Origin: Escherichia phage EcWhh-1
Sequence record: MH791409.1
Direction: 5' to 3' (one strand)
Length of the DNA stretch: 64,000 nt
The position numbers and the translations under genes were made by a program. The notes below the pieces were generated by a model. It was not told where the DNA came from. It did no database searches and saw only the letters and a list, made by a program, of their open reading frames with translations. How positions within the stretch are numbered: position 1 is the first letter of the stretch; every line of letters starts with the position of its first letter. Shown here piece by piece: positions 34,123 to 42,588 of this stretch.

Positions 34123-34677
34123 TCAGTTCTTGTAGAACCGGAACGGGTTCACGTGGAAGGCCAACATAGCTTTAGGGATTTTACGAGACAAAAGACTCTT
34201 AAGCTTCCAGCCACAGTACACGCGAAGGTAAAATGTGATTCCGCCGACCTTAAGATAAGGAACTGAAGCAAATACACCCCAGGCGTCATCATTCCACATC
34301 CACAACCAACCATGGTGAGCTTTATCAGGAGAACCTGATTCTACGTCAGGATTACCACGATAATGGAATTCCGAGCTACAATCACGGCCTAGTTTATGAT
34401 AAGCAAAGTTATAAGCTTTATTTCGCCATAGCCAAGCTACTCTCTGGAGATAAACACCACCAGGCATTTTCCTGATTTTAGCCCAACGTTTAATATGACC
34501 TTTATCGCCGTCAATTGGATTATCGTATGTCATCATCCAATCAAAACCGTATGGCAATTTACCAGTCTTTTTATTATGAAAAGGAACCACAAAAGGCGCA
34601 AGGATAACGGCTAGAACCATAGAGATAAAATCTAGTGGGACCAACAGAATCCAACTCAAATATTTTAAAAGTTTCAT
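34123..34677 (-). CDS. Late-expressed membrane protein, 184 aa
   Basis: N-terminal hydrophobic helices; SD AGGAAATAAT + ATG; late promoter upstream. Confidence 0.6.
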   Translation of the reverse strand: MKLLKYLSWILLVPLDFISMVLAVILAPFVVPFHNKKTGKLPYGFDWMMTYDNPIDGDKGHIKRWAKIRKMPGGVYLQRVAWLWRNKAYNFAYHKLGRDCSSEFHYRGNPDVESGSPDKAHHGWLWMWNDDAWGVFASVPYLKVGGITFYLRVYCGWKLKSLLSRKIPKAMLAFHVNPFRFYKN

Positions 34678-34703
34678 ATTATTTCCTAAGTTAGTTTACT
34701 GTA

Positions 34704-34711
34704 TATTTATA
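34704..34711 (-). promoter_or_regulatory. Late promoter TATAAATA
   Basis: exact TATAAATA on minus strand 27 nt upstream of ATG 34677. Confidence 0.5.
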
Positions 34712-34740
34712 CAAAAAAGGCCCAACCTTTCGGAAGGGCC
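34712..34740 (-). terminator. Rho-independent terminator (same hairpin as 34090-34117) + T6
   Basis: minus strand GGCCCTTCCGAAAGGTTGGGCCTTTTTTGT. Confidence 0.55.
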
Positions 34741-34745
34741 TTTCA

Positions 34746-34976
34746 CCTAGGGTAACCTTGTCGGGGTTCCACCTGCTAGGCAAGTGTTCGGTGCGCCGTT
34801 TCAGCTGTGAGATAAGGGACTTTAAGAGGAACTCATGTACGCCTTAAAGTCGGGTCTTATTCAGGGAACTTCAGTCCGACGACTTACCGGTAGCGACCCG
34901 GTTTCTTGTTTGTTGCGCCGGTGAATGCTGGTAATCAGTCTTCATACGACGGCTTGACTATATAATAGTCTTCATT
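34746..34976 (-). ncRNA. Candidate stable small RNA region downstream of tRNA-Arg (position of T4 RNA C/RNA D)
   Basis: about 230 nt with no ORF, between tRNA 3' end and a terminator, with local hairpins; identity unverified. Confidence 0.25.
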
Positions 34977-35051
34977 TGGTATCCCGCCCTGGGATCGAAC
35001 CAGGACCGCAAACTTAGAAGGATCGTATGCTATCCATTACACCAGCGGGAC
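34977..35051 (-). tRNA. tRNA-Arg (anticodon UCU), CCA encoded
   Basis: minus strand GTCCCGCTGGTGTAATGGATAGCATACGATCCTTCTAAGTTTGCGGTCCTGGTTCGATCCCAGGGCGGGATACCA; 7-bp acceptor stem, T-loop TTCGATC, anticodon loop CTTCTAA. Confidence 0.85.
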
Positions 35052-35673
35052 GTAATTTATTTAAAAGACAAGACAAATCGGAAATCTCATCTTTTTCTAA
35101 AACTATCAAATTTTCTAAAGCTTTCCATTTACAAAGGTCTCTATCTCTTTTATATCCTTTGACTTCTATATAAAAATCATAAGTGGGTAAATAAAAATCA
35201 GGAAAATAGAGATGTTCTGAACCTTCCCATTCGTAAGGAATTGGCTTTATTTCATTAGTATATTTGATATTGTGTTCTTTTAAAAACTTAGCAACTTTTA
35301 ATTCCCAGGTCCCTTTAAATTTAAATCCGTCAAACTCGTATGTTTTTACTCGACCAGAAACATTAGAAGCAGAATATGAATCAGGATTATCAAGAACAGC
35401 TTGCCGCATTCTTTTAGAATGTGCTTCTTTGCGTTCATTAGACCATACATATCCTGTATTGGCTTTTCTAAGTTTTTCTCTGGTTTTATCAGAAACATTT
35501 ATTTCTTTACCTAGTTCTTTGGCTTTTGTAAATTGATTGACGCCTTTAAGACCAAAACGAGGGTTATTAGGGCCGCTCATATCCAATCCATTTGGGTTAG
35601 ATTTGCACCGTTTTTCATGTTGCTTTAGTGAATTTAAGTTTTTACATTCTTTAGAACAATATTGGCAAAGCAT
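35014..35673 (-). CDS. Zinc-finger PD-(D/E)xK-type nuclease (putative free-standing homing-endonuclease-like gene)
   Basis: N-terminal CQYCSKEC...HEKRC finger; C-terminal FPDFYLPTYDFYIEVKG resembles PDF...E-x-K nuclease core; start at ATG 35673 with SD GGAGA; 3' end overlaps tRNA-Arg by 38 nt. Confidence 0.6.
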   Translation of the reverse strand: MLCQYCSKECKNLNSLKQHEKRCKSNPNGLDMSGPNNPRFGLKGVNQFTKAKELGKEINVSDKTREKLRKANTGYVWSNERKEAHSKRMRQAVLDNPDSYSASNVSGRVKTYEFDGFKFKGTWELKVAKFLKEHNIKYTNEIKPIPYEWEGSEHLYFPDFYLPTYDFYIEVKGYKRDRDLCKWKALENLIVLEKDEISDLSCLLNKLRPAGVMDSIRSF

Positions 35674-35678
35674 AATTT

Positions 35679-35715
35679 TCTCCATGAATTTTATATAGAT
35701 ATTTATTCATGGAGA
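35679..35715 (-). promoter_or_regulatory. RBS-sequestering hairpin with late-promoter-like AATAAATA in its loop
   Basis: 11-bp inverted repeat TCTCCATGAAT/ATTCATGGAGA; 3' arm contains the GGAGA SD of the nuclease gene. Confidence 0.4.
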
Positions 35716-35731
35716 AGTTGACTGCTCTACC

Positions 35732-35808
35732 TAATCAAAGTTGGTGACCCAGACCAGATTTGAACTGGTAACCTTTCCCTTATGAGGGGACTGCTGCTAA
35801 CCATTGAG
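35732..35808 (-). tRNA. tRNA with CAU anticodon (Met or lysidine-type Ile), CCA encoded
   Basis: minus strand GGCCCTGTAGCTCAATGGTTAGCAGCAGTCCCCTCATAAGGGAAAGGTTACCAGTTCAAATCTGGTCTGGGTCACCA; T-arm ACCAG-TTCAAAT-CTGGT, anticodon loop CTCATAA; D-arm and acceptor have mismatches. Confidence 0.65.
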
Positions 35809-35825
35809 CTACAGGGCCTTAATTC

Positions 35826-36245
35826 TTAACTAGACCAATTCCAACCTTCGGAAGGGCCATCATAGTGTACACAAATATCAGGCGAAATATTAAAATTGGT
35901 ACCATCCGAAGAAAAAACACCTAACTTTTTACCAAACTCGCTGAAACAGAACTGTTCACCGCCTGGTGACCAAACATCTTCAAATAAAACAGTGAATAGC
36001 CATCCGGCAATTAAATCGGCATCAAATTCTGTTACGCCGGAACACATTTCATATAACTCGTCATCACAGACTGTAGCCACAATATGAGCTGAGTGTTCTT
36101 TAGATTTTAACCAAATACGGATTAAATTCCCGTCAAAACAATTATAGTTAATTTCAGATGGTTGGCAGTTATAAAATACTTCTGTAGCGATTTCTGGATT
36201 TTCCCAGGTTTCGCTGTTAAAATCGATAAGAATTGGAGTAATCAT
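35826..36245 (-). CDS. Hypothetical protein, 139 aa
   Basis: SD GAGGAAAAT + ATG. Confidence 0.5.
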   Translation of the reverse strand: MITPILIDFNSETWENPEIATEVFYNCQPSEINYNCFDGNLIRIWLKSKEHSAHIVATVCDDELYEMCSGVTEFDADLIAGWLFTVLFEDVWSPGGEQFCFSEFGKKLGVFSSDGTNFNISPDICVHYDGPSEGWNWSS

Positions 36246-36348
36246 ATTTTCCTCATTAGTTGATTAATTCTATTATGAAAGGCTCTTTGAGGGAAGAACC
36301 TTTGGTAATAGAGGGTATTAATGATAGAGTAATAATATCACATAATTC

Positions 36349-36825
36349 TTAAAGCATATCAAGTGCTTTCACATCAGGGATTTTAATTTCTTCTTCAATA
36401 ATATACAGCTTAACGTAAGAAATTACACGGATGAAATCACCATCATATTCACAAGCCATACCAAGGAGCTCAGTAAGGGCTTCATTCAAGTAGTATTCTT
36501 CCTCGTCGTCATTCAGCAAGGCTTCTAAGTCTTGGATACCGAGGGCCTTATCTAAAAATTCAGGGGTCAACTGGCCTGATTTTACACCCGATTCAATGTG
36601 GGCAATAACCAGATGCTTAACTACGTCCCATTCCGAATTACCACATTTATCCGGGTTGTTGCAATGAGAACCATGGAAAAGTTCTAGGATATATTTGTAC
36701 TGTCGGATTTCATGTTCTTCTACGCCAAATACAGTCTGGGTTTTATAGTTATCGCCATCATTTTCCCAGGTTTCAATTTCAATTGCATAACCTTTAGGGA
36801 TAATTTGTCCGAATTTAATATTCAT
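36349..36825 (-). CDS. Hypothetical protein, about 158 aa
   Basis: start moved to ATG 36825 (ATGA overlap); ORF-track start was GTG. Confidence 0.5.
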   Translation of the reverse strand: MNIKFGQIIPKGYAIEIETWENDGDNYKTQTVFGVEEHEIRQYKYILELFHGSHCNNPDKCGNSEWDVVKHLVIAHIESGVKSGQLTPEFLDKALGIQDLEALLNDDEEEYYLNEALTELLGMACEYDGDFIRVISYVKLYIIEEEIKIPDVKALDML

Positions 36826-37112
36826 TGTGGCCACATATTAATGTAATCAAGTTTAATAGAAGCAATTTTCAAAGGATTTTTAAAGATGTCATATTCGACC
36901 AACCCATTTTCATTTGCCGTATAAAAAGTAAAGTTAACAGAATTATAGCGTTGGCTGTTAACTTTGAGTTTAACATCGCTTGAACTACGGCCAATATTAA
37001 CCTGTTGAACATCAAGCACAGCATCTTTGCCGTAATTTCGAATCAACAACTCAGCTGCAACCTGATCGGATTTATAGCCATTCTCTGGATTAGTAACCTT
37101 AACGTATAACAT
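36822..37112 (-). CDS. Hypothetical protein, 96 aa
   Basis: ORF. Confidence 0.5.
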   Translation of the reverse strand: MLYVKVTNPENGYKSDQVAAELLIRNYGKDAVLDVQQVNIGRSSSDVKLKVNSQRYNSVNFTFYTANENGLVEYDIFKNPLKIASIKLDYINMWPQ

Positions 37113-37514
37113 TTAACCCTCGTCTACAATAGTGTGGGTATTGGCATTAACAATCTGCCACCAGCCAAAACGATTAGAACCGTAAAGAGGCTTATTCTCG
37201 TTTTCTTTAATGATATCGCGCAGTTCATCTTCAGAGAAGGCTTTAGCGATTAAATCAGTATACCCGCCGCGTGGATAATAATTATCACCCGCAAACAAAA
37301 GGAAATTTACCTTTCCGGAAGGAACATATGCTTCCTTAGGATACTTGTTTCCTGCGTGGTCGACAACTTCAATATAACGGTAAGGAATATCAGTTCTTTC
37401 AACCCATTGCCATGCCGCTGCAGGGGATTCAAAAGCATCTACACCTAAACGGTTATCTTCATCTTTAGACGGATTATTTTCGTAATCCGCATATACATAA
37501 TATTCAACGTTCAT
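37113..37514 (-). CDS. Hypothetical protein, 133 aa
   Basis: ORF. Confidence 0.5.
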   Translation of the reverse strand: MNVEYYVYADYENNPSKDEDNRLGVDAFESPAAAWQWVERTDIPYRYIEVVDHAGNKYPKEAYVPSGKVNFLLFAGDNYYPRGGYTDLIAKAFSEDELRDIIKENENKPLYGSNRFGWWQIVNANTHTIVDEG

Positions 37515-37699
37515 TATTCACCTTTAGAGATTTTATCCATAACGAAAGAGATTGAACCAATTAAGAATGCCACTACTAAAGAGATTGTATTCTCGGAAGT
37601 TGTAAGCAAATCCAACATGAATCCTGCAAACATACTAAAGCCAAAAGCAGTAACGGCGGTCAGTGCAGTAACATTTCTAATTAATTCACAACGTTTCAT
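37514..37699 (-). CDS. Small membrane protein, about 61 aa
   Basis: start moved to ATG 37699 with SD TGGAGAA; two hydrophobic helices. Confidence 0.45.
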   Translation of the reverse strand: MKRCELIRNVTALTAVTAFGFSMFAGFMLDLLTTSENTISLVVAFLIGSISFVMDKISKGE

Positions 37700-37721
37700 T
37701 TTATTCTCCAATCACTCATTT

Positions 37722-37765
37722 GTTTTGATAGGGCTATAGTATCATCACTAAAGCCCATTGTAAAC
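37722..37765 (-). promoter_or_regulatory. PeSL-like early promoter cassette (GTTTAC, 18 bp, TACTAT; stem GGGCT/AGCCC)
   Basis: minus strand GTTTACAATGGGCTTTAGTGATGATACTATAGCCCTATCAAAAC. Confidence 0.55.
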
Positions 37766-37767
37766 AA

Positions 37768-38040
37768 TTATTTTAAATAAATTGCATACTTTTTATAACC
37801 AGCCGTCTCGTGGCGCAACCCTTTTTCATTAGCAAAACGTTCAATATTGTTAATTTGATTCTGGTCAAGTTCTGAAGTATCAAATACAAAAAAGTTTCGC
37901 TTATTGCCTAAAGTTACATGATTAGTCAAATCAATGTTATAGAGATGATTTATATCATCAATCATAGTCTTAACAGATTTGTTAATTTTTACTTCCTCAT
38001 TAAGAATAGATTCAGCGATAAATTCTTGATAAGTTTTCAT
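37768..38040 (-). CDS. Internal-protein-like capsid-targeted protein (CTS MKTYQEFIAE), 90 aa
   Basis: CTS leader identical to T4 IP leader MKTYQEFIAE. Confidence 0.6.
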   Translation of the reverse strand: MKTYQEFIAESILNEEVKINKSVKTMIDDINHLYNIDLTNHVTLGNKRNFFVFDTSELDQNQINNIERFANEKGLRHETAGYKKYAIYLK

Positions 38041-38041
38041 T

Positions 38042-38266
38042 TTATTCTGCGCCAGCGGCTTTCAAAAGTTTTTTAAGATTGGCTGTACCTTGAGCAGAAA
38101 ACGTGACCTTGCCATCTTTTTCACCGATACTCCCGGTCAATTTAGCGAGCTTATCACTAGGGACTTTTTTAAAATCAGCCAATGTACCGTCAAAGGTTTT
38201 TGTAACAACCGGCAGTTGGTCTTCGTGTTTTTTAGCTTCTGTAATAAATTCTTGATAAGTTTTCAT
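38042..38266 (-). CDS. Internal-protein-like capsid-targeted protein (CTS MKTYQEFITE), about 74 aa
   Basis: start set at ATG 38266 (MKTYQEF) with SD TGGAAATCAAA. Confidence 0.55.
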   Translation of the reverse strand: MKTYQEFITEAKKHEDQLPVVTKTFDGTLADFKKVPSDKLAKLTGSIGEKDGKVTFSAQGTANLKKLLKAAGAE

Positions 38267-38290
38267 TTTGATTTCCATGTGGTTGGTTTG

Positions 38291-38332
38291 TTTTGATAGG
38301 CCTATAGTATCATGTCTATAGACCTTGTAAAC
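38291..38332 (-). promoter_or_regulatory. PeSL-like early promoter cassette (GTTTAC, 17 bp, TACTAT)
   Basis: minus strand GTTTACAAGGTCTATAGACATGATACTATAGGCCTATCAAAAC. Confidence 0.55.
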
Positions 38333-38344
38333 ACCTTTTTTAAA

Positions 38345-39228
<884 letters not shown>

Positions 39229-39236
<8 letters not shown>

Positions 39237-39990
39237 TTTTATTTCCTAATAATTTATCAATAGTAGTGTATAGTTCAGAAAGAGTGCCGTTATTTTCAAC
39301 AACAACGTCACCAGGTAAAATTGGTAGACCCGCTTCAGTGATGTGCGAGTCTTGTACTTGACCGGTTTCAGCGCGAACTACATGAATAATCGTAGCACCC
39401 ATCGCTCTGAGCGAATCAATTTCATGTGTTTGACGAACATCAGGTACGACATAGTATTTCGCATCAGAGTATATTTTATCAAAATAGTCTAAAGCGAACA
39501 ACTTAACCCAATACATCTTATCAAATTGGTTAACAATAATATCAGTCCCAAGGGTCTGCATGAGACGACGTACTGACCAATTGTTATTTTTATTTATTAC
39601 TTCAAATAGCTGGTCTTTTGTTTCTTCAGACAGATACTGGACCGGTGTAAGACCATAATGATATGCGGTACGAACATCAATTCCGGGAATAGGAAGGATA
39701 TTATTCAGCTTAACAATAGCATTTTCAAAAATATCAACCACATCATATGGTTTTAAAGGAATGATTTCTTCACGGTCGTAACCAATACCTTCAAAACAGT
39801 TAAAATCAAGTTTAGGCATATAGCTACGGTCGAATACAGGGTCATCAGATATGTATTCATAAGCTTCAGCCAGATACTTTTTAATAGGACCAGCGAGTTG
39901 GAATTTTACGGAATCCATATTTTCAATTACATAGTTAGCAACGGTATCCTTACCGCTACGTTTGATTCCTACAATTGATATTAGTTTCAT
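39229..39990 (-). CDS. 1: Deoxynucleoside monophosphate kinase gp1
   Basis: MKLISIVGIKRSGKDT P-loop; WSVRRLMQTLGTDIIVNQFDKMYWVKLFALDY and HITEAGLP match T4 gp1. Confidence 0.9.
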
Positions 39991-40580
39991 TATTTTCTCA
40001 TAGATGGATGCATAGACATACGAGCCACACGTTGTTCGGCATACGAATCAATTTGTGGACGACCTGTAACTATTGTACCATCTATTTCTACAGCAAACGA
40101 TTTGAAGTTGAATGTTGCTGTAGCGATTATCGCTGGGTCGGAATCTTCTTTATAAGAGTACTGAATCTCGGAAAGGTCGGACGGCCATCCGCCGTAGTAA
40201 TGAATGCTCATTACGATTTTCTGTTTGTTGTTATCAAGAATGTGGAGGGTGATAGCCTCAGGCTGACCTTTAGGGTGCCAGGCTTCAGATTCATGTGTTA
40301 CATAGTTGTTTAATGATAGCATCCATTTATAAACGTCCAGCCATGATTTCAATTCGCGGTCTACAAGAAAGTTCACAATCAAAGGGTCGAATTCTACAGT
40401 AGAACCTGGCAGTTTAGCACGATGTATGCCCTGGGTCGATCCTGGGACGTCTGAGACCGGAATATGGATACCCGGTAGTGTTACATCTTGCACGTTCAAT
40501 TTGAATGACTGCGTCATTCCTGAGTCACTAACCTCTAAGATAAAGTTGGTAGTGTTAGTTTGGTTAAATAAACCGTTCAT
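39990..40580 (-). CDS. 3: Tail completion/sheath stabiliser protein gp3
   Basis: 196 aa in conserved position between genes 1 and 2; SD AGGA + ATG. Confidence 0.7.
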   Translation of the reverse strand: MNGLFNQTNTTNFILEVSDSGMTQSFKLNVQDVTLPGIHIPVSDVPGSTQGIHRAKLPGSTVEFDPLIVNFLVDRELKSWLDVYKWMLSLNNYVTHESEAWHPKGQPEAITLHILDNNKQKIVMSIHYYGGWPSDLSEIQYSYKEDSDPAIIATATFNFKSFAVEIDGTIVTGRPQIDSYAEQRVARMSMHPSMRK

Positions 40581-40665
40581 AGGATTCCTATATTGCTTAA
40601 GTCCTAGCCAGTGTATAATGGTCCTAGGTCTGTTCCATTCAATAACTGGCTGGGATAATAGATTA

Positions 40666-41502
40666 TTATGCGTTCTTCCATACTGTCTGAGCTGAGTAAC
40701 GCTTACCTTTAGACATGAACTGCTGGAGAGGCATCATTACGACATTAGCCCAATCAGAAGGTTTTATCTCTACTAAAGGACCCTTGATATTTCCAGGGAT
40801 ATAAGCCTTAATCATCACGTCAGCGCCAGCGAATCCTTTTACCTTACTCCAATCGATTTTTAATTTAGTCGAGTTCGTAATGGTAGGCGTACTCGCGTAT
40901 TGCTTCAGCAATTCTTCTAGAAATTGTTGACGTGCTTTAGGTGGAATATAGTGTAAGTTTAGTCCGTACATTAAATTATGCTTACCCAACCCAAGATAAA
41001 TGATTAATGGATATTTGTCCCAGTATGGTAGGGTATCCTTATGTTTGGCGTCATAGATATAAGCATAAAGCTTACCAGGAGATGGTTTAGATACCTGGTG
41101 TCCACGAATTCCTTTCTTTAATGTTTCTGTAAACCATTTAGCTGATTTATTGTTTACAGCAGCGCCTTCGTTAGCAATCTTATCACGAATACTCTTTCTA
41201 AAACTATTCACCAAAATCAATTGGCGCTCGGCTTTGGTCAATTTATTGCCAGGTTTCTTCTGGAGTTTTTCGACCTGTACAGCAGTTTTAATTCGACTCG
41301 AGTATCGAGACATCGCAGATGTAAAGCTAGAATACTTAATGCCCTTATCTTCAGCGAATTTCTTAGCCGAGACACCTTTGGCCTTAGCTTTGGCATATTC
41401 AACACCTAAAGCTATCCATTGTTGCTCTGAACGAGTGGGCTTAGAACCTTTTGTGGTTTCAGTGGCCTCATTGATGTAGGAAAATATACTCATCCTTTCC
41501 AT
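40666..41502 (-). CDS. 2: DNA end protector protein gp2
   Basis: [11 protein letters not shown]... with lysine-rich body; conserved position; start may be ATG 41493 (ATGA overlap) rather than 41502. Confidence 0.85.
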   Translation of the reverse strand: MERMSIFSYINEATETTKGSKPTRSEQQWIALGVEYAKAKAKGVSAKKFAEDKGIKYSSFTSAMSRYSSRIKTAVQVEKLQKKPGNKLTKAERQLILVNSFRKSIRDKIANEGAAVNNKSAKWFTETLKKGIRGHQVSKPSPGKLYAYIYDAKHKDTLPYWDKYPLIIYLGLGKHNLMYGLNLHYIPPKARQQFLEELLKQYASTPTITNSTKLKIDWSKVKGFAGADVMIKAYIPGNIKGPLVEIKPSDWANVVMMPLQQFMSKGKRYSAQTVWKNA

Positions 41503-41939
41503 CCTAATTTTTTCAGTGAGTTTTCAGTTATCAATCTAAAATTGATTCCCATTTTATCTGCTGTAGCTTTAGCAGCTTTCCATTTATCTTTATTTACACT
41601 CCATGTATAATGTTCGTTGATATATCTCTTTTTAGCGGCTGTAGTCATTTTAGCAGGAGCCGCTGGAGGATGGGTTTCTTTAAAAGGTTTGACTTCAAAA
41701 AAGAATTGTTGGCCATTATCAAACTTAACCCAGAAGTCCATAAAATATCGACGTTTCTTTCCATCAGCATTACTAAAATACGGAATAACTACCTCTTCAG
41801 AGTTCCATTGGACTACGTTAGGATGATTGTCAAGCCAACGCATGAGCCATGCTTCCCATGAGGAACGATATTGGATTTTCTTCCAGTCACCTTTATATTT
41901 TTGTAAGTTGGTAGGTTTAAATTTCCCTGAGTAAGCCAT
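41490..41939 (-). CDS. 4: Head completion protein gp4
   Basis: 149 aa; [18 protein letters not shown]...; conserved position divergent from gene 53. Confidence 0.85.
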   Translation of the reverse strand: MAYSGKFKPTNLQKYKGDWKKIQYRSSWEAWLMRWLDNHPNVVQWNSEEVVIPYFSNADGKKRRYFMDFWVKFDNGQQFFFEVKPFKETHPPAAPAKMTTAAKKRYINEHYTWSVNKDKWKAAKATADKMGINFRLITENSLKKLGWKG

Positions 41940-41950
41940 AGTTGCCTCCT

Positions 41951-41958
41951 TATAAATA
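41951..41958 (+). promoter_or_regulatory. Late promoter TATAAATA for gene 53
   Basis: exact TATAAATA on plus strand 28 nt upstream of ATG 41986. Confidence 0.55.
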
Positions 41959-41965
41959 TTAATAT

Positions 41966-41973
41966 TATTTATA
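41966..41973 (-). promoter_or_regulatory. Late promoter TATAAATA for gene 4
   Basis: exact TATAAATA on minus strand 27 nt upstream of ATG 41939. Confidence 0.55.
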
Positions 41974-41985
41974 CTCGGAGGCCCT

Positions 41986-42588
41986 ATGCTCTTCTCATTT
42001 TTCGACCCTATCGATTACGAATCAAAAACAGTCAAGCCAGATTCCGGCTCATTAACAAATGCCGATATATTGAGCGTGCCGATGACTGATATATTTAGAA
42101 ATTATAAAGAATATTTTGATAGAGTGGCTAAAAATTATACACTAAAAACTTATTATATCAATGGAGCCCCACGCCCGGAAGAATTGGCCCATATTCTTTA
42201 TGGCAATGTCCAATTATATTGGGTTTTACTGATGTGTAATAATATATACGACCCGTATTATGGATGGATTACCGGTCAAGAAGCCGCCTACCAAGCAGCC
42301 ATCCAAAGATATTCTACAGCTGGCGGAAACCAGGTCCTTTACCATGTAAACGAAAAAGGTGAGAAATTCTGGAATCTTGTCAACACGCCAGAAAATCCGT
42401 ATACTTGGTATGATAAAGGCGATACAGAAAAACGTTATCCTCAATATGAAGGCCCATTGGCTGCAGTAGATATTTACGAGGATGCTATTCGCAAAAATGA
42501 ATATAAGCGCGAAATAAAAATTATAGACCCTAATGATATTGAGTCTTTTATTTCTGCTCTTATTCGTGAAATGGAGAAAGCCCTCTAA
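41986..42588 (+). CDS. 53: Baseplate wedge protein gp53
   Basis: 200 aa; MLFSFFDPIDYESKTV...PMTDIFRNYKEYF...PRPEELAHILYGNVQLYWVLLMCNNIYDPYYGWITGQEAAYQA matches T4 gp53. Confidence 0.9.
   Translation: MLFSFFDPIDYESKTVKPDSGSLTNADILSVPMTDIFRNYKEYFDRVAKNYTLKTYYINGAPRPEELAHILYGNVQLYWVLLMCNNIYDPYYGWITGQEAAYQAAIQRYSTAGGNQVLYHVNEKGEKFWNLVNTPENPYTWYDKGDTEKRYPQYEGPLAAVDIYEDAIRKNEYKREIKIIDPNDIESFISALIREMEKAL

Noticed and set aside
13532-38332. Possibility that the repeated 45-bp elements are a CRISPR array or transposon ends
   Set aside because: Copies are kilobases apart, each upstream of a gene, with -35/-10 hexamers and no regular repeat-spacer structure; promoter cassettes fit better.
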